A program made the translations under genes and the position numbers. A stretch of DNA of 64,000 nucleotides, taken from positions 14,976-78,975 of the forward strand of contig CAZOWL010000006.1 in assembly GCA_964583605.1 (NCBI GenBank), given 5' to 3'. Shown piece after piece: positions 24,953 through 36,507 of the stretch (positions within the stretch are counted from its first letter, which is position 1; each line of letters starts with the position of its first letter). The notes under the pieces are model-generated. The model was given only the letters and a program-made list of their open reading frames with translations, had not been told where the DNA came from and searched no databases. Source of the stretch: an uncultured Chromatiaceae bacterium. GTDB taxonomy: Bacteria; Pseudomonadota; Gammaproteobacteria; Chromatiales; Chromatiaceae.

Positions 24953-26032
24953 TCAGGCCGCCGACATGGCGGCAAGCTGCTCGGCCTGATATTCCTCGAG
25001 GAGCGGGTCAATCACTTGATCGAGCTGCCCGGTCATGATCTCGTCCAGCTTATAGAGCGTCAGGTTCACGCGATGATCGGTCAGCCGGTTCTGCGGGAAA
25101 TTGTAGGTGCGGATGCGCTCGGAGCGATCTCCACTGCCCACCTGTAGTCGCCGCGATTGGGCCTCGGCGTCGATCTGTGCGCTTTGCGCCTGAGACAGGA
25201 GCTTCGCCTGTAGCAGCGACATCGCCCGAGCACGATTCTTGTGCTGCGAGCGCTCGTCCTGACATTCGACGACGATCCCGCTCGGGAGATGGGTGATGCG
25301 GATCGCCGAGTCTGTCTTGTTGACATGCTGGCCGCCAGCGCCCGAGGAGCGATAGGTGTCGATGCGCAGGTCGTTCGGATTGACGTCGATCTCATCGATC
25401 AGCTCGGCCTCGGGCAGCACGGCAACCGTACAGGCGGAGGTGTGTACGCGCCCCTGGGACTCGGTCTCGGGTACCCTCTGAACACGGTGGGTGCCAGGCT
25501 CGAACTTGAATCGCGAGTAGACGCCGTTGCCGCTGATGCGCACGACGACCTCCTTGTAGCCGCCCTGCTCGGCCTCGCTCTCGCCGATCAGCTCCGTCGT
25601 CCAGCCGCGAAGCTCGGCATAGCGCAGGTACATACGCAGCAGGTCGCCGGCGAAGAGGGCCGCCTCGGCACCGCCGGTACCGGCTCGGATCTCGAGAAAG
25701 ACGTTGCGGTGATCGTTGGGGTCCGGCGGGATCAAGAGGCGCTGCAGCGTGGGCTCCAGCTCGGCGCGCCGCCGCGCGGCGGCGTCTAGCTCCTCGCGCG
25801 CGAGCGCGGCCATCTCTGGGTCTTGGAGCAGCTCCTCGGCGGCGGTGATGTCCTGCTCGACCTGCTGGTAGCGGGCAAAGCAGCTTGCTACCGGCGCGAT
25901 CTGGGCGTACTCGCGACTCAACGCGCGAAAGCGGTTCAGGTCCGATTGGGTGGCTGGATCGGCGAGCAGGGCGGTGACCTCGGTACAGCGCTCGGAGACC
26001 CGCTCCAGCTTGGAGCGGAGAGAGGCGTTCAT
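24953..26032 (-). CDS. prfA: Peptide chain release factor 1
   Basis: [22 protein letters not shown] (GGQ motif) and [13 protein letters not shown] (PxT-type region), with the overall RF1 length. Confidence 0.95.
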   Translation of the reverse strand: MNASLRSKLERVSERCTEVTALLADPATQSDLNRFRALSREYAQIAPVASCFARYQQVEQDITAAEELLQDPEMAALAREELDAAARRRAELEPTLQRLLIPPDPNDHRNVFLEIRAGTGGAEAALFAGDLLRMYLRYAELRGWTTELIGESEAEQGGYKEVVVRISGNGVYSRFKFEPGTHRVQRVPETESQGRVHTSACTVAVLPEAELIDEIDVNPNDLRIDTYRSSGAGGQHVNKTDSAIRITHLPSGIVVECQDERSQHKNRARAMSLLQAKLLSQAQSAQIDAEAQSRRLQVGSGDRSERIRTYNFPQNRLTDHRVNLTLYKLDEIMTGQLDQVIDPLLEEYQAEQLAAMSAA

Positions 26033-27300
26033 TGCGCCGCCTTCGTCTCCTCGCTGAGCTGCAGCAGCTCGTTGGCCGCCTGCAGGAGCTCCATGTTGCC
26101 GTCTCGACCGGCCTGCCGCAGGCGCGTGCTCGGGATGTGCAGCAGCTTGTTCGTCAGGGTGTGGGCCAGGTAGCCAAGCACATCAGCGGGCGGCTTGCCG
26201 CACTCGATCTGGCGCAAGGCGCGCGCTAGCACCTCATCGCGCGCCGCCTCGGCACGCCGACGGTAGTCCTGGATGAGGCCGACGGCGTCGAGCGAGCGCA
26301 ACCAGGACATGAACTCCTCGGTGTGGACATCGATGATCTCGGTGGCCTGCTCGGCCGCCTGTTGGCGCGAGCGCAGGCCCTCGTCGACGACCCCCTGCAG
26401 ATCGTCGACGGTATAGAGGTAGACGTCGCTGAGCTGCCCGACCTCGGGCTCGATGTCGCGCGGCACGGCGATGTCGACCATGAAGATCGGGCGATGCTTG
26501 CGCTTCTTCAGCGCCCGCTCGACGGCGCCCTTGCCGAGGATTGGCAGCGGGCTGGCGGTCGAGGAGATGACGATATCGGCCTCCGGGAGATGGTCGACGA
26601 TCTCCGTGAGCCCGATCGCGAATCCGTTGAACTGCTCGGCCAGCGAGTGAGCGCGCTCGATGGTCCGGTTCGCGACGATGATCCGCCCGAGCTGATGCTG
26701 GCGCAGGTGGCGCGCGGCGAGCTCGATCGTCTCGCCGGCTCCGATGAGCAGCGCGGTCTGGGCCGTCAGGTCGCTGAAGATTTGACGAGCAAGGCTGACG
26801 GCGGCGAAGGCCACCGAGACAGGGCTCGACCCGATGGCCGTATCGGTACGTACCTGCTTCGCCACCGAGAAGCTGTGCTGGAATAGCCGCCCGAGCAGCT
26901 TGCCTACGGTACCGCAATCGCAGGCCGTCTGAAACGCCGTCTTCACCTGTCCCAGGATCTGCGGCTCGCCGAGCACCATCGAATCCAATCCGCTGGCGAC
27001 CTGGAGCAGGTGGCGAACGGCCTGGTTGTTCACGTGCGTGTAGAGGTAAGGGGCAACACGATCGCGGCCGACGCCGTGAAAGCCTCCGAGCCAGGATCGC
27101 ACCGGCTCCTCGGCCGGCGTGGTCATCACGCAATAGATCTCGGTGCGGTTGCAGGTCGACAGGATCGCGGCCTCATCCACTCCGGGATGGTCGGTTAGGC
27201 TGCGCAACGCGCCGGCGATGATGTCTGGGCCAAAGGTAATCCGCTCGCGAATGTCGATGGGGGCTGTCTTGTGATTCAGACCAAGGGCGAGGAGGGTCAT
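26029..27300 (-). CDS. hemA: Glutamyl-tRNA reductase
   Basis: [23 protein letters not shown]..., STCNRTEIY (catalytic Cys) and [13 protein letters not shown]. The start is taken at MTLLALG; the upstream 67 codons of the track ORF are not HemA-like. Confidence 0.95.
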   Translation of the reverse strand: MTLLALGLNHKTAPIDIRERITFGPDIIAGALRSLTDHPGVDEAAILSTCNRTEIYCVMTTPAEEPVRSWLGGFHGVGRDRVAPYLYTHVNNQAVRHLLQVASGLDSMVLGEPQILGQVKTAFQTACDCGTVGKLLGRLFQHSFSVAKQVRTDTAIGSSPVSVAFAAVSLARQIFSDLTAQTALLIGAGETIELAARHLRQHQLGRIIVANRTIERAHSLAEQFNGFAIGLTEIVDHLPEADIVISSTASPLPILGKGAVERALKKRKHRPIFMVDIAVPRDIEPEVGQLSDVYLYTVDDLQGVVDEGLRSRQQAAEQATEIIDVHTEEFMSWLRSLDAVGLIQDYRRRAEAARDEVLARALRQIECGKPPADVLGYLAHTLTNKLLHIPSTRLRQAGRDGNMELLQAANELLQLSEETKAAQ

Positions 27301-27608
27301 GGGCGGCGATGTCTGCAGGAAAAACGCGGGTAGATTCTTCGTCATCGGCCGGTAAGATGCAAGCCGTAGAAGGCCGATGGACGGGCGGCGGCCGAGGACC
27401 TTTTTGCTTGAAAGGCCTGCCATTATACTAGAAAGGCGCCGCGCCCGTCCGGGCCGCCCGCTCGCATGAGCGGGCGGTCTCCGCGCGTGGCTGCGCAGCA
27501 CCGGTGCCGGATGCTTGGCTCAGGCGGGAGCGATCCGGCGTTCGGCGATTCTACGCGGCGCTGCTACTAGCGCTCCCTACAGTCCGCGCTTCGGATAATC
27601 TGCTCCCT

Positions 27609-29381
27609 ATGTACTCCCGATCGGTCCTTATTGGCTTACTGTTCCTCGCCCCTGCGCTCGCAGCCGGGTCCTCTCTCAGCGCAACGCTCGGCGCCGATGG
27701 TGGCAAGCCGAGATTGGCGGCGGTTAGTGAGGTCCAGGTTGCACGGGCCACGTCCGATCAGCACGATGACGAGCCGATTCGCGGTCTGTCGGCTGATTTG
27801 GTTTACTCGATTCTGGTTGGTGAGGTCGCCTCTCAGCGTGGCGATCTGGGCACGGCCTTCACCCACTACCTGGAAGCGGCGCGGCTCTCCGCCGAGGCGC
27901 CGATGGCCGAGCTCGCGACCCAATCGGCACTGGCGGCCAACGATCTGCAGGCGGCCCAGCGGGGCGTCGCCTTGTGGCTGGAGCTGGATCCGGAGGCCGT
28001 CGTCCCTCGGCTCGCCGCGGCGCACGTCGCCCTGCGGCTCGGAAAACGGCAGCACGCGGCCCTCCACCTGCAGAAGGTCGTCGAGCTCAGCGGGTCCGAC
28101 GAGGCAGAAGGCCTGCTCGAGATCGCAGCCGTGATCGCGACGATCAGCCCCGTTGATCAACGATTGGAGTTGATGCGGGCGCTGGTCGCGGTCGCGCCGG
28201 GCGACGCGGACGCCCACTACGCGCTGGCCATGGTCGCGGCCGATGCGGATGACTACGAGGCGGCCGCCGCCGCGGCGCGCGAGGCCCTGAGGCTGCGGCC
28301 GGAGTGGGATAAGCCCCGCCTGATCTTGGTGCGCATCCTCCTGGCTCAGAACAAGCGCGTCGAGGCGCGCGAGGTCTTGGAGGACTTCGTTGACGCGACA
28401 CCCGAGAACCATGTCCTGCGCATGCTTTATGCCCAACTGTTGGTCGAGGACCGAGAGTTCTCGAACGCCCGAAATGTGTTCGAGCGGATGCTCCACAGCA
28501 CACCGAAGGAGCCGGACGTGCTGTTCGCTATCGGGATACTGTCACTGCAGTTGGAGGACACGGCCGCGGCGCGCGACTATTTCGAGCGGCTTTATGCGAC
28601 CGGCCAGCGACGCGACGACGCGGCCCTCTACCTGGGGCAGATCGCCGAGATCGATGGTGAGCTCGACGAGGCGCTTGCCTGGTACGAGAAGGTTTCGGGC
28701 GAGGGCGAGCTCGACGCGCAGGTGCGTAGCGCGCGCGCCCGGGCCGCGATGGGCGAGATCGACAAGGCCCAAGAGGTCCTGCAGCGTCTTCGCGACCAAT
28801 TTCCTGAGCATGCCGTGACCATGTGGCTCATCGAGGCCGAGACGCTGCGTGAGCACGGTCGCTCGGACATGATCATGGCCACCTACAATGAGGCGCTGAG
28901 CGCCCATCCGGGCAACGCCGAGCTGCTCTATGCGCGGGCCCTCTACGCGGTCTCCCTTGGCCAGGTCGAGGTCCTGGAACAGGATCTGCGCGCGATCCTC
29001 GCGGCCAATCCGGACCATGCCGATGCACTCAACGCGCTCGGCTATACGCTCGCTGACCGCACCGATCGGCTCCAGGAGGCCTACGGCTACATCGAGCGGG
29101 CCCTTGCGTTAAAGCCTGAAGAACCGGCGGTGCTCGACAGCATGGGCTGGGTCTTGTTCCGGCTCGGCCGTCACGACGAGGCGCTCTCTTATCTGCGGAA
29201 GGCCTACGAGCGGATGCCCGATGGCGAGATCGCCGCCCATCTCGGTGAGGTGCTCTGGGTCGCGGGCCAGCGTGACGAGGCCTGGCGGATCTGGGACGAG
29301 GCGTTGGCCGCCGATCCAGATCACGAGTACCTTCAGAGCGTGATCGGCCGCTACCGTTACTCCAGAAAGGACGGCGAGTAA
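27609..29381 (+). CDS. Periplasmic tetratricopeptide-repeat protein
   Basis: Signal peptide MYSRSVLIGLLFLAPALAAG followed by many TPR-like helical pairs (ALNALGYTLADRTDRLQEAYGYIERALALKPEEPAVLDSMGWVLFRLGRHDEALSYLRKAY). Its stop overlaps the ispE start (TAATG). Confidence 0.8.
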   Translation: MYSRSVLIGLLFLAPALAAGSSLSATLGADGGKPRLAAVSEVQVARATSDQHDDEPIRGLSADLVYSILVGEVASQRGDLGTAFTHYLEAARLSAEAPMAELATQSALAANDLQAAQRGVALWLELDPEAVVPRLAAAHVALRLGKRQHAALHLQKVVELSGSDEAEGLLEIAAVIATISPVDQRLELMRALVAVAPGDADAHYALAMVAADADDYEAAAAAAREALRLRPEWDKPRLILVRILLAQNKRVEAREVLEDFVDATPENHVLRMLYAQLLVEDREFSNARNVFERMLHSTPKEPDVLFAIGILSLQLEDTAAARDYFERLYATGQRRDDAALYLGQIAEIDGELDEALAWYEKVSGEGELDAQVRSARARAAMGEIDKAQEVLQRLRDQFPEHAVTMWLIEAETLREHGRSDMIMATYNEALSAHPGNAELLYARALYAVSLGQVEVLEQDLRAILAANPDHADALNALGYTLADRTDRLQEAYGYIERALALKPEEPAVLDSMGWVLFRLGRHDEALSYLRKAYERMPDGEIAAHLGEVLWVAGQRDEAWRIWDEALAADPDHEYLQSVIGRYRYSRKDGE

Positions 29382-30250
29382 TGGACGGTCCCGGGATGTG
29401 GCGTGAGCCATGGCCGGCCCCCGCCAAGCTCAATCTGATGCTGCGTGTGCTGGGGCGCCGTGCCGACGGCTACCACCGCCTGCAGACCGTCTTCCAGTTC
29501 ATCGATCTCTGTGACGAGTTGACCTTCAGCCCCAGGCCGGCCGGCCAGATCGAGCGGCTGAATACACTGGCGGGGGTTGAGCCCGAGCGCGATCTCGTGG
29601 TCCGCGCCGCGCGCATGCTGCAGCGCGCGACGGGCTGTCGCGAGGGTGTTGCGATCTCTGTGAGCAAGCGACTGCCAATGGGCGGCGGTCTCGGTGGCGG
29701 CAGCTCGGATGCCGCAACGACATTGCTAGTGCTCGACCGGCTCTGGGGCACGTGCCTCGGGATCGATGCCCTCGCCGGGCTTGGACTCCAGCTTGGTGCC
29801 GATGTCCCGGTGTTCGTGCGGGGGCGCGCGGCCTGGGGCGAGGGGGTCGGTGAGGAGCTTGTGCCGATCGACCTCCCCGAGCCCTGGTACCTGGTCGTGA
29901 TCCCGCCCTGCGAGGTGGCGACGGCGGCCGTCTTCGCCGATGAGCACTTGACAAGGAATTCATCCCCGATCACACTGCAGGGCTTTCTGTCCGGTGACGC
30001 GCGGAACGACTGTTTGCCCGTGGTCGCGCGACGCTGTGCGGAGGTGGCGGCAGCGCTCGAGTGGCTAGAGGCATGGGGTGAGGCGCGCCTCACCGGCACG
30101 GGCTCCTGCGTCTTTGCGGCCTTTGGAACAGGCGAATCGGCTCACGCGGCGCTGGCGCAGGTACCCAGTCGGTTCAGGGCCTTCGTCGCCCGCGGCCGTA
30201 ATCGGTCTCCCCTGTGGGAGCGTTTGGAAGCGTCTGAGCGTTTGACCTAA
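29381..30250 (+). CDS. ispE: 4-diphosphocytidyl-2-C-methyl-D-erythritol kinase
   Basis: WPAPAKLNLMLRVLGRRADGYHRLQTVF and KRLPMGGGLGGGSSDAATTL (GHMP kinase motif). Confidence 0.95.
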   Translation: MDGPGMWREPWPAPAKLNLMLRVLGRRADGYHRLQTVFQFIDLCDELTFSPRPAGQIERLNTLAGVEPERDLVVRAARMLQRATGCREGVAISVSKRLPMGGGLGGGSSDAATTLLVLDRLWGTCLGIDALAGLGLQLGADVPVFVRGRAAWGEGVGEELVPIDLPEPWYLVVIPPCEVATAAVFADEHLTRNSSPITLQGFLSGDARNDCLPVVARRCAEVAAALEWLEAWGEARLTGTGSCVFAAFGTGESAHAALAQVPSRFRAFVARGRNRSPLWERLEASERLT

Positions 30251-30370
30251 CGATCATGGGGCAAGCCGAGCCACCCCGGACGATGAAATGGCGCCTCGCC
30301 CCTGATTGTTCCCTCACCCCAACCCTCTCCCAGAGGGCGAGGGAGCGAGCGTGCTGCGCGGGTTTCATTG
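30247..30370 (+). repeat. MITE-like repeat, full copy, between ispE and tRNA-Gln
   Basis: CTAACGATCATGGGGCAAGCCGA...GCGCCTCGCCCCTGATTGTTCCCTCACCCCAACCCTCTCCCAGAGGGCGAGGGAGCGAGCGTGCTGCGCGGGTTTCAT. Its CTAAC end contains the ispE TAA stop. Confidence 0.9.
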
Positions 30371-30373
30371 TAA

Positions 30374-30448
30374 TGGGGCGTCGCCAAGCGGTAAGGCACT
30401 GGGTTTTGATCCCAGCATTCCCAGGTTCGAATCCTGGCGCCCCAGCCA
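30374..30448 (+). tRNA. tRNA-Gln (anticodon TTG)
   Basis: TGGGGCGTCGCCAAGCGGTAAGGCACTGGGTTTTGATCCCAGCATTCCCAGGTTCGAATCCTGGCGCCCCAGCCA. Acceptor stem TGGGGCG/CGCCCCA, anticodon loop TTTTGAT, encoded CCA. Nearly identical in layout to E. coli tRNA-Gln. Confidence 0.95.
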
Positions 30449-30590
30449 TCTTCGGGCATCGCCGAACTGCGTCGCCGCGAGCCCTATCCGCCAGGTCCGA
30501 GCGTCTGTCGCGCCGCGCTCCATGCTGGAGAGGGAAGGTGCCGGCGCTCTGCGCAGCAATCTGAGGTCTAGCGCCGTGGCCACCAGCCAG

Positions 30591-31529
30591 ATGATGGTGT
30601 TCACCGGGAACGCCAACCCGGATCTCGCCGCCGAGATCGCCGGTCACCTGAGCTTGCCGCTCGGGAAGGCCGTTGTTGGGCAGTTCAGCGACGGCGAGGT
30701 GATGACGGAGATCCAAGAGAACGTCCGTGGGCGCGACGTCTTCGTCGTCCAGCCGACCTGCGCTCCGACCAATGATAACCTGATGGAGTTGTTGGTCATG
30801 ATCGATGCCCTGCGTTGGGCGTCGGCCAAGCGCGTGACCGCGGTGATCCCTTACTTCGGCTATGCCCGGCAGGACCGACGGCCACGCTCGGCGCGCGTGC
30901 CGATCACGGCCAGGTTGGTGGCCAAGGCGATCGGGAATGCCGGGGCCGACCGAGTGCTCACCGTCGACCTGCACGCCGACCAGATTCAGGGCTTCTTCGA
31001 TATCCCGGTCGACAACGTCTATGCCTCGCCGATCCTGCTCGGCGACGTCTGGCGCCAGAAATATCCGCGCTTGATCGTCGTCTCGCCCGATGTCGGTGGC
31101 GTGGTGCGCGCGCGTGCCCTGGCCAAACGGCTCGATGATGCCGATCTGGCGATCATCGACAAGCGGCGGCCTCGTGCCAACGAGGCCAAGATCATGAACA
31201 TCATCGGTGATGTCGAAGGGCGCTCGTGCGTGCTCGTCGACGACCTTGTCGACACCGCGGGCACCCTGTGTCGAGCCGCGGCGGCACTCAAGGAGCGCGG
31301 TGCGGCAATGGTCGTTGCCTACTGCACGCACGCCGTGCTCTCCGGTCCGGCCGTCGAGAATATCAGCGCGTCCGAAATGGATGAGCTGGTGGTGACGAAC
31401 ACGATTCCACTGCGACCCGACGCGCTCGCTTGCGGGCGGATCCGCCAATTGAGTATCGGTGAGTTGTTGGGGGAGACGATACGGCGTGTCTCGAGTGACG
31501 AGTCGGTCAGCTCACTCTTCGTCGATTAG
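30591..31529 (+). CDS. prs: Ribose-phosphate pyrophosphokinase
   Basis: [50 protein letters not shown] and [13 protein letters not shown]. The track ORF start at 30306 is MITE/tRNA sequence. Confidence 0.95.
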   Translation: MMVFTGNANPDLAAEIAGHLSLPLGKAVVGQFSDGEVMTEIQENVRGRDVFVVQPTCAPTNDNLMELLVMIDALRWASAKRVTAVIPYFGYARQDRRPRSARVPITARLVAKAIGNAGADRVLTVDLHADQIQGFFDIPVDNVYASPILLGDVWRQKYPRLIVVSPDVGGVVRARALAKRLDDADLAIIDKRRPRANEAKIMNIIGDVEGRSCVLVDDLVDTAGTLCRAAAALKERGAAMVVAYCTHAVLSGPAVENISASEMDELVVTNTIPLRPDALACGRIRQLSIGELLGETIRRVSSDESVSSLFVD

Positions 31530-31638
31530 TCGCCACACGTCCGAGCCCGCCGAGATGTGATTCACTTCCTTCATGCCGCCGACCTGGTCGCGGGTCCCGG
31601 TATGTCTATCCACAACCGAGCCAAGATGGAGTGCGCCC

Positions 31639-32256
31639 ATGAGCGTAAGCTTCGAAATGATCGCAGAGCCCCGCCGTGACGCAGGGAAGGGTGCGAGCCG
31701 CCGCCTGCGTCGCGCCGGACAGGTGCCCGCTATTGTCTACGGTGGCCACAAAGAGCCGGAGCCGATCTCGCTGCTGCACAACGATCTCGTGAACAACCTA
31801 AAGCACGAGGCCTTCTACTCGCACCTGCTCACCCTGAAGGTAGGCGATACGGAGACCAAGGTGGTGCTGAAGGATCTGCAACGCCACCCGGCCAAGCCGC
31901 TGATCCTGCATGTCGACTTCCTGCGAGTCAGCGCCGACGAGAAGCTCCGCATGGTCGTGCCGCTGCACTTCCTCAACGAGGCGCAGTGCAAGGGCGTGAA
32001 GGTGGGCGGTCGCGTGTCGCACAACATCACCGAGGTGGAGGTCAGCTGCCTTCCTGAAGACCTGCCGGAGTTCATCGCTATCGACATGTCCGAGATGGGC
32101 GTCGGGGAGATCCTGCATCTGTCCGAGATCCAGCTGCCGGCCGGCGTGGCGCTCGCTCATGCGCCGGACCCGGATGAGCCGGTCGTCATGGTCTACAGCG
32201 GCCAGAGCGGTGCGGCCGCCGAGGAGGGCGGAGCAGCCGGCGAGGAGGCCTCCTGA
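31639..32256 (+). CDS. rplY: 50S ribosomal protein L25 / general stress protein Ctc
   Basis: [21 protein letters not shown] ... [35 protein letters not shown], with an acidic/Ala-rich C-terminal tail. Confidence 0.9.
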   Translation: MSVSFEMIAEPRRDAGKGASRRLRRAGQVPAIVYGGHKEPEPISLLHNDLVNNLKHEAFYSHLLTLKVGDTETKVVLKDLQRHPAKPLILHVDFLRVSADEKLRMVVPLHFLNEAQCKGVKVGGRVSHNITEVEVSCLPEDLPEFIAIDMSEMGVGEILHLSEIQLPAGVALAHAPDPDEPVVMVYSGQSGAAAEEGGAAGEEAS

Positions 32257-32302
32257 CCGGAAGGGAACCGGGGCATCCGGGCGGCAGCCAGGGCAGTAGC
32301 AG

Positions 32303-32908
32303 GTGACGGTGGCCGGCGCGGTGGCCGAGGACGGCATCCGGCTTATTGTCGGACTCGGCAACCCTGGCGCCCAATACGAGTCGACGCGCCACAACGTCGG
32401 TTTTTGGCTCCTCGATCGCCTTGCCGCGCGCCACGGCGTTGCCTTTCGCAACGAGAGCAAGCTGCATGGGATGGTCGGCCGCGTCATGCTGGCCGGTCAG
32501 GATCTGCGACTCCTCAAGCCGGCTACCTTCATGAATCGCAGCGGTCAATCCGTCGCGGCCATGGCCCGCTACTTCGACATCGCGCCAAGGCAGATTCTTA
32601 TCGCCCACGACGAGCTCGACCTGCCCGCCGGCGTCGTGCGCCTCAAGTACGCTGGGGGCCATGCCGGGCACAATGGCCTGCGCGACACGATCCAGCAGCT
32701 CGGCAGCCGCGACTTCTGGCGCCTGCGGATCGGCATCAGTCATCCCGGTGACAAGGCCCAGGTCGTCGGCTACGTCCTGAGCCGAGCGCCTCGGGATGAG
32801 GAGACACAGATCCTCGGGGCGCTTGATGATGCCGATACCTGCCTGCCTGAGCTCGTCGCTGGCCAGTTTCAGCTCGCGATGAACCGCCTGCACGGCGGCC
32901 TGCGCTGA
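32303..32908 (+). CDS. pth: Peptidyl-tRNA hydrolase
   Basis: LIVGLGNPGAQYESTRHNVGFWLLDRLA ... KPATFMNRSGQSV ... HDELDLPAGVVRLKYAGGHAGHNGLRD. GTG start. Confidence 0.95.
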   Translation: MTVAGAVAEDGIRLIVGLGNPGAQYESTRHNVGFWLLDRLAARHGVAFRNESKLHGMVGRVMLAGQDLRLLKPATFMNRSGQSVAAMARYFDIAPRQILIAHDELDLPAGVVRLKYAGGHAGHNGLRDTIQQLGSRDFWRLRIGISHPGDKAQVVGYVLSRAPRDEETQILGALDDADTCLPELVAGQFQLAMNRLHGGLR

Positions 32909-33003
32909 GGCCCTTTCTGTCAACAAGCCTGGGGTCCGACGGCTCGCCTGCCGCGCGAAGGCCGCTAGGCTAACGCGCCGGAGCAAGCCACTCGAGCGAG
33001 CCG

Positions 33004-35853
33004 CTAGACGCGAAATCGATTCACCATCTCGTTGAGGCCCTCGGCCAGGCGCGAGAGCTCCAGTGCACTCTGGCGGACCTGCGAGCTGCTCTCGCTCATC
33101 TCCTTCGCCGAGCTGTTGACCAGCGCCACCTCGCGGGTGATCTCCGCGGCCACGGTGGAGCTCTGGGCGACGTTGTCGTTGACCTCGGCGATCCCCTGAG
33201 ATGTCTGGGAGATGTTCGTGGAGATCTCCTGCGTCGCGGCGGTCTGCTGCGCGACGGCGGTAGCGATCGTGGCGACGATCTCGTTGACCTCGCGAATCAC
33301 CTTGGTGATCTCGCGGATCTCGACAACGGTGGAGTCGGTCGATTCCTGTATCCCACCGATCTGGGCACGAATGGACATCGTCGATTCGGCGGTCTTCTTG
33401 GCCAGCTCCTTGATTTCATTGGCGACGACCGCGAAGCCCTTGCCGGCCTCACCGGCGCGGGCCGCCTCGATCGTGGCATTGAGCGCCAACAGGTTGGTCT
33501 GCTCGGAGATCTCGGTGATCGCCTCGGTCACCTTGTCGATCTCCTGAGCCGCCTCGCCCAGCGCGCGGACCTTCTCCGACGCGGCCTGTGCCTGGCCAAC
33601 GGCCTTCCCCGACACCGTGCGGGCGCTGTCGGTGCTTCGGGCGATCTCGCGAATCGTCGTCGACATCTCCTCCGATGCCGACGCGATCATGTTTGTGTTG
33701 GTCGCGGATTGCTCCATCGCGGCCGAGACGCCGTTCAGATTGCTCGACATCTCCTCGATGGCGGCGGCGACGGTGCTGGCGTTACCGGCCGTGCTCCCGG
33801 CCGTGGCGGTGAGCTGATCGGATACCGCCGACAGCTCCGTCGACGATGCGGTCAGCGTCCCGACGCCGGCGGCGATATCGCGAATCATCACCTGTAGCTT
33901 CTCCATGAACTGATTGAAGCGCAGCGCCAGCTCACCCACCTCGTCGCCGCTCTTCACCGGCAGGCGCAGGGTCAGGTCGCCCCCACCGTGGGCAAGCTCC
34001 GTCAGACTCTCGACCACGTTGCGGACCGGCCGGACGATGCCGGCGGCGAGGACCAGCGCAAGCGCGATGATGATGGCGGTACCAATGGCCCCGATCAGCA
34101 GCATGATCCACTTCAACGCCGCGACGGACGCAAAGGCCTCCGCCTGGTCGATCTCGGCGATGATGGCCCAGGTCACTTCCCCGATCGTCAAGGGCGCATA
34201 GGCGCTCAGGACCGAGCTGCCTTGGTAATCCTTGATGATCTGCGTATCGCTTCGGCCGGCCAGTGCCTCGCGGGATGCCAGCGTGTCCACCTGGCCCCGG
34301 TCTGGATTGGCAAAGGATGCGCGAATCGTATGGTGTACGGGGTCCAGGTAGCTGTCCGAGCGCATCAGTCTATCGGGCCCGACCAGATAGCTCTCGCCCG
34401 TCTCGCCCATCCCGGCGCGCTGAGTCATGATCGCGTTGATCGCATCCGTCGAGAGCTGCAAGGCGACGACCAGCGCCACCTTGCCGTCCTCCATCACCGG
34501 GGCCGCGATAAAGGCCGCCGGCTCATTGTCGCTTGGCGCGTAGGGGGCGAAATCGGCCATCGCATAGTCCTTGTCCTGCAGGACCCGCCGCGTGAGCTGT
34601 CCGAGGCCGGAATCGGCATAGGGGCCATCGATCATGTTGGTGCCATGATCCTCCTCTTTCGTCACCGTATAGAAGACGGTGCCGTTGGGGTGGATCAGGA
34701 AGAGGTCGTAGTAGCCGTAGTGGTCGATGTATTTCGCGAAGTAGTCGGCCTCCTGCTCGGCCGCCTGGGCGACGATCGCCTCCTCGAGATCCATCTTGGT
34801 CACGCAGGCCCAATCGAGGCCGGCGATCTGCAGCGGGGCATAGGCGACGAGCACCAGCTTGCCGGCGCTGTCGGTGTAGATTCCCATCCCATCGTGGCCG
34901 CTCAGTGCGCGCTCGATGTAGGGCGTCCTGATCGGATACCCGACGACGTACCGGCCGTCACCCATCGTCAGCATGTCGCTGCGGAACGCGACTGCCTCCC
35001 CCAGCTTTCCGACGACGTAGGTCTCACCGCTCCGGCCCATACCCTGCCGGCGCTGCACGATTTCATTGGTCTTGTCCGTGGGGACCCTAAAGCCGATGGC
35101 ACCGAGCAGATCGCCGCCACGGTCTCTCACCTGCGCTAGCATGAAGGCCTCTGGCTGCCCGCCCGATGGGGTGTAAGGCTCGAAGTCAGCGACAGCGATC
35201 TCGTCTGGGCCGCCGTCAACAAGACGGGAGAAGGCCTTGCCAAGCCCTGAATCCTTGAGGTAGCTGAGCGGTATGCTCATCCCGAGGTCCCTCTCGCGGG
35301 CAACGGTGTAGACGATATCGCCATCCCATTGAATCAGTAAGATGTCTTCCCAGCCGTAGCGATCCATCACATGCTTCATGCGCGGGTCGACGCGCTCGGC
35401 GATCGCCGAGTAGGCCGGCGTCATCGTCGTCTCGCCGACCTCCTCGAAGGCACGACTCAGGTCGCGCAGCGCGTCCCGGACGAAGGGATCGCCCGTCAAG
35501 GTCGCGAGCTGGGTCTGCATCGATGAGAAATAATCCTGCAGTTGAGCTTCTTTGAGCTCCTGCACCGTATTGAGCTTGGTGAAAGCGGCGTCTTGTAGGG
35601 ACGCGATTGTCTCCAGCAGTACGCCCATGTCCCCTTCGCGCTCGCTGAAGTAGCGCTGGATCTGGGCCTTCTTGACCTCGCGAACGAGCGTGAGTCGATC
35701 GAACGACTGCTCGGACAAGGCATCGCTCGCCTTGATAACCGATACGAGACTCACGATGGCGAAAGGAGTGACACCCACGGCGAGGAAGGCCAACAGCAGC
35801 TTTCTGCCCAGGGTCAGCTGCCTTAGAGATCCCTTCGGACCCGTCCCGTTCAT
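33004..35853 (-). CDS. Methyl-accepting chemotaxis protein with very large (~560 aa) periplasmic Cache-type sensor region
   Basis: TM1 ([22 protein letters not shown]). The periplasmic region has two Cache-like signatures ([22 protein letters not shown]; [22 protein letters not shown]). TM2 and HAMP follow, then a signalling domain with [31 protein letters not shown]. Start ATG 35853 after GGTGGAGG. Confidence 0.9.
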   Translation of the reverse strand: MNGTGPKGSLRQLTLGRKLLLAFLAVGVTPFAIVSLVSVIKASDALSEQSFDRLTLVREVKKAQIQRYFSEREGDMGVLLETIASLQDAAFTKLNTVQELKEAQLQDYFSSMQTQLATLTGDPFVRDALRDLSRAFEEVGETTMTPAYSAIAERVDPRMKHVMDRYGWEDILLIQWDGDIVYTVARERDLGMSIPLSYLKDSGLGKAFSRLVDGGPDEIAVADFEPYTPSGGQPEAFMLAQVRDRGGDLLGAIGFRVPTDKTNEIVQRRQGMGRSGETYVVGKLGEAVAFRSDMLTMGDGRYVVGYPIRTPYIERALSGHDGMGIYTDSAGKLVLVAYAPLQIAGLDWACVTKMDLEEAIVAQAAEQEADYFAKYIDHYGYYDLFLIHPNGTVFYTVTKEEDHGTNMIDGPYADSGLGQLTRRVLQDKDYAMADFAPYAPSDNEPAAFIAAPVMEDGKVALVVALQLSTDAINAIMTQRAGMGETGESYLVGPDRLMRSDSYLDPVHHTIRASFANPDRGQVDTLASREALAGRSDTQIIKDYQGSSVLSAYAPLTIGEVTWAIIAEIDQAEAFASVAALKWIMLLIGAIGTAIIIALALVLAAGIVRPVRNVVESLTELAHGGGDLTLRLPVKSGDEVGELALRFNQFMEKLQVMIRDIAAGVGTLTASSTELSAVSDQLTATAGSTAGNASTVAAAIEEMSSNLNGVSAAMEQSATNTNMIASASEEMSTTIREIARSTDSARTVSGKAVGQAQAASEKVRALGEAAQEIDKVTEAITEISEQTNLLALNATIEAARAGEAGKGFAVVANEIKELAKKTAESTMSIRAQIGGIQESTDSTVVEIREITKVIREVNEIVATIATAVAQQTAATQEISTNISQTSQGIAEVNDNVAQSSTVAAEITREVALVNSSAKEMSESSSQVRQSALELSRLAEGLNEMVNRFRV

Positions 35854-36327
35854 GTCGCCTCCACCTTGCCCGACAGCGCGATCAGGCGCTGCGCGGTTGC
35901 CGTCTGTTGCCCGCTCTCGCTGAGCGAAGTACCTGGCCCAAAATGCTAGGCCAGGAATCAGGGGGGAGGTTGTGATGCGATCCGCTGACCAGGGCGGGCC
36001 CCGACGACCCCCTGGGACGCCGTTCACATCTCGATGCGGAGTCTCTGGCTCGCGCGAGACGCCCGTGCACGCGGCCTGCGGGTCCCGAGTAGCCTGAGAT
36101 AATCTCTCGCATTGTCATCGGTCGTCTTGTCGACCATGCTTTGATCCTGAACGGAACGGCCAACTTGGAGCCGCCAGCCTCTTGGGGTCAGCCGCTCGCC
36201 GGTCGAGCGAGGCGTGCCGGCGGAATGTGTAGGTTTACGGCAGAATGAACGGCGTCGACGTCGAGATTCTGCAGACTGTGGGGAAACGATGATCCGAGAG
36301 ACGGAGTACAGGAGGACAGCGGTGCGC

Positions 36328-36449
36328 CTAACGATCATGGGGCGAGCCGACCCACCCCAGACGATGAAATGTCGCCTCGCCCCTGATCGTTCCCTCACCC
36401 CAACCCTCTCCCAGAGGGCGAGGGAGCGAAGGTGCTACGCGATTTTCAT
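36328..36449 (+). repeat. MITE-like repeat, full copy
   Basis: CTAACGATCATGGGGCGAGCCGA...TCGCCTCGCCCCTGATCGTTCCCTCACCCCAACCCTCTCCCAGAGGGCGAGGGAGCGAAGGTGCTACGCGATTTTCAT. Confidence 0.9.
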
Positions 36450-36450
36450 G

Positions 36451-36507
36451 GTAACGATCATGGGGCGAGCCACCCCAGACCATGAAATGTCGCCTCGCCC
36501 CTGATCG
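36451..36507 (+). repeat. Partial MITE-like repeat (first hairpin only), abutting the full copy
   Basis: GTAACGATCATGGGGCGAGCCACCCCAGACCATGAAATGTCGCCTCGCCCCTGATCG. Confidence 0.85.

Noticed and set aside
27301-27501. N-terminal extensions suggested by the track for hemA (to 27501), prs (from 30306), rplY (from 31573), the MCP (to 36027), the M1 peptidase (to 16046), the ankyrin protein (to 10834), prmC (to 25011) and the TPR protein (from 27504).
   Set aside because: Each family has a well-known N-terminus or a signal peptide that begins at an internal start codon with a better RBS. The extensions are Arg/Pro-rich or overlap neighbouring genes, tRNA or repeats.
29370-29390. Absence of lolB between the TPR gene and ispE; many gammaproteobacteria have TPR-lolB-ispE-prs.
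   Set aside because: The TPR stop and ispE start overlap cleanly (TAATG) with no relic sequence, so nothing indicates a recent deletion. lolB is probably just located elsewhere, which cannot be judged from one window.
30174-31448. 424-aa ORF on the minus strand spanning the tRNA-Gln/prs region.
   Set aside because: It is antisense to an unmistakable prs gene and runs across a tRNA and a MITE. Its composition is Arg/Gly/Ala/Asp-rich, it has no motifs and no RBS. This is a typical long shadow ORF of high-G+C DNA.
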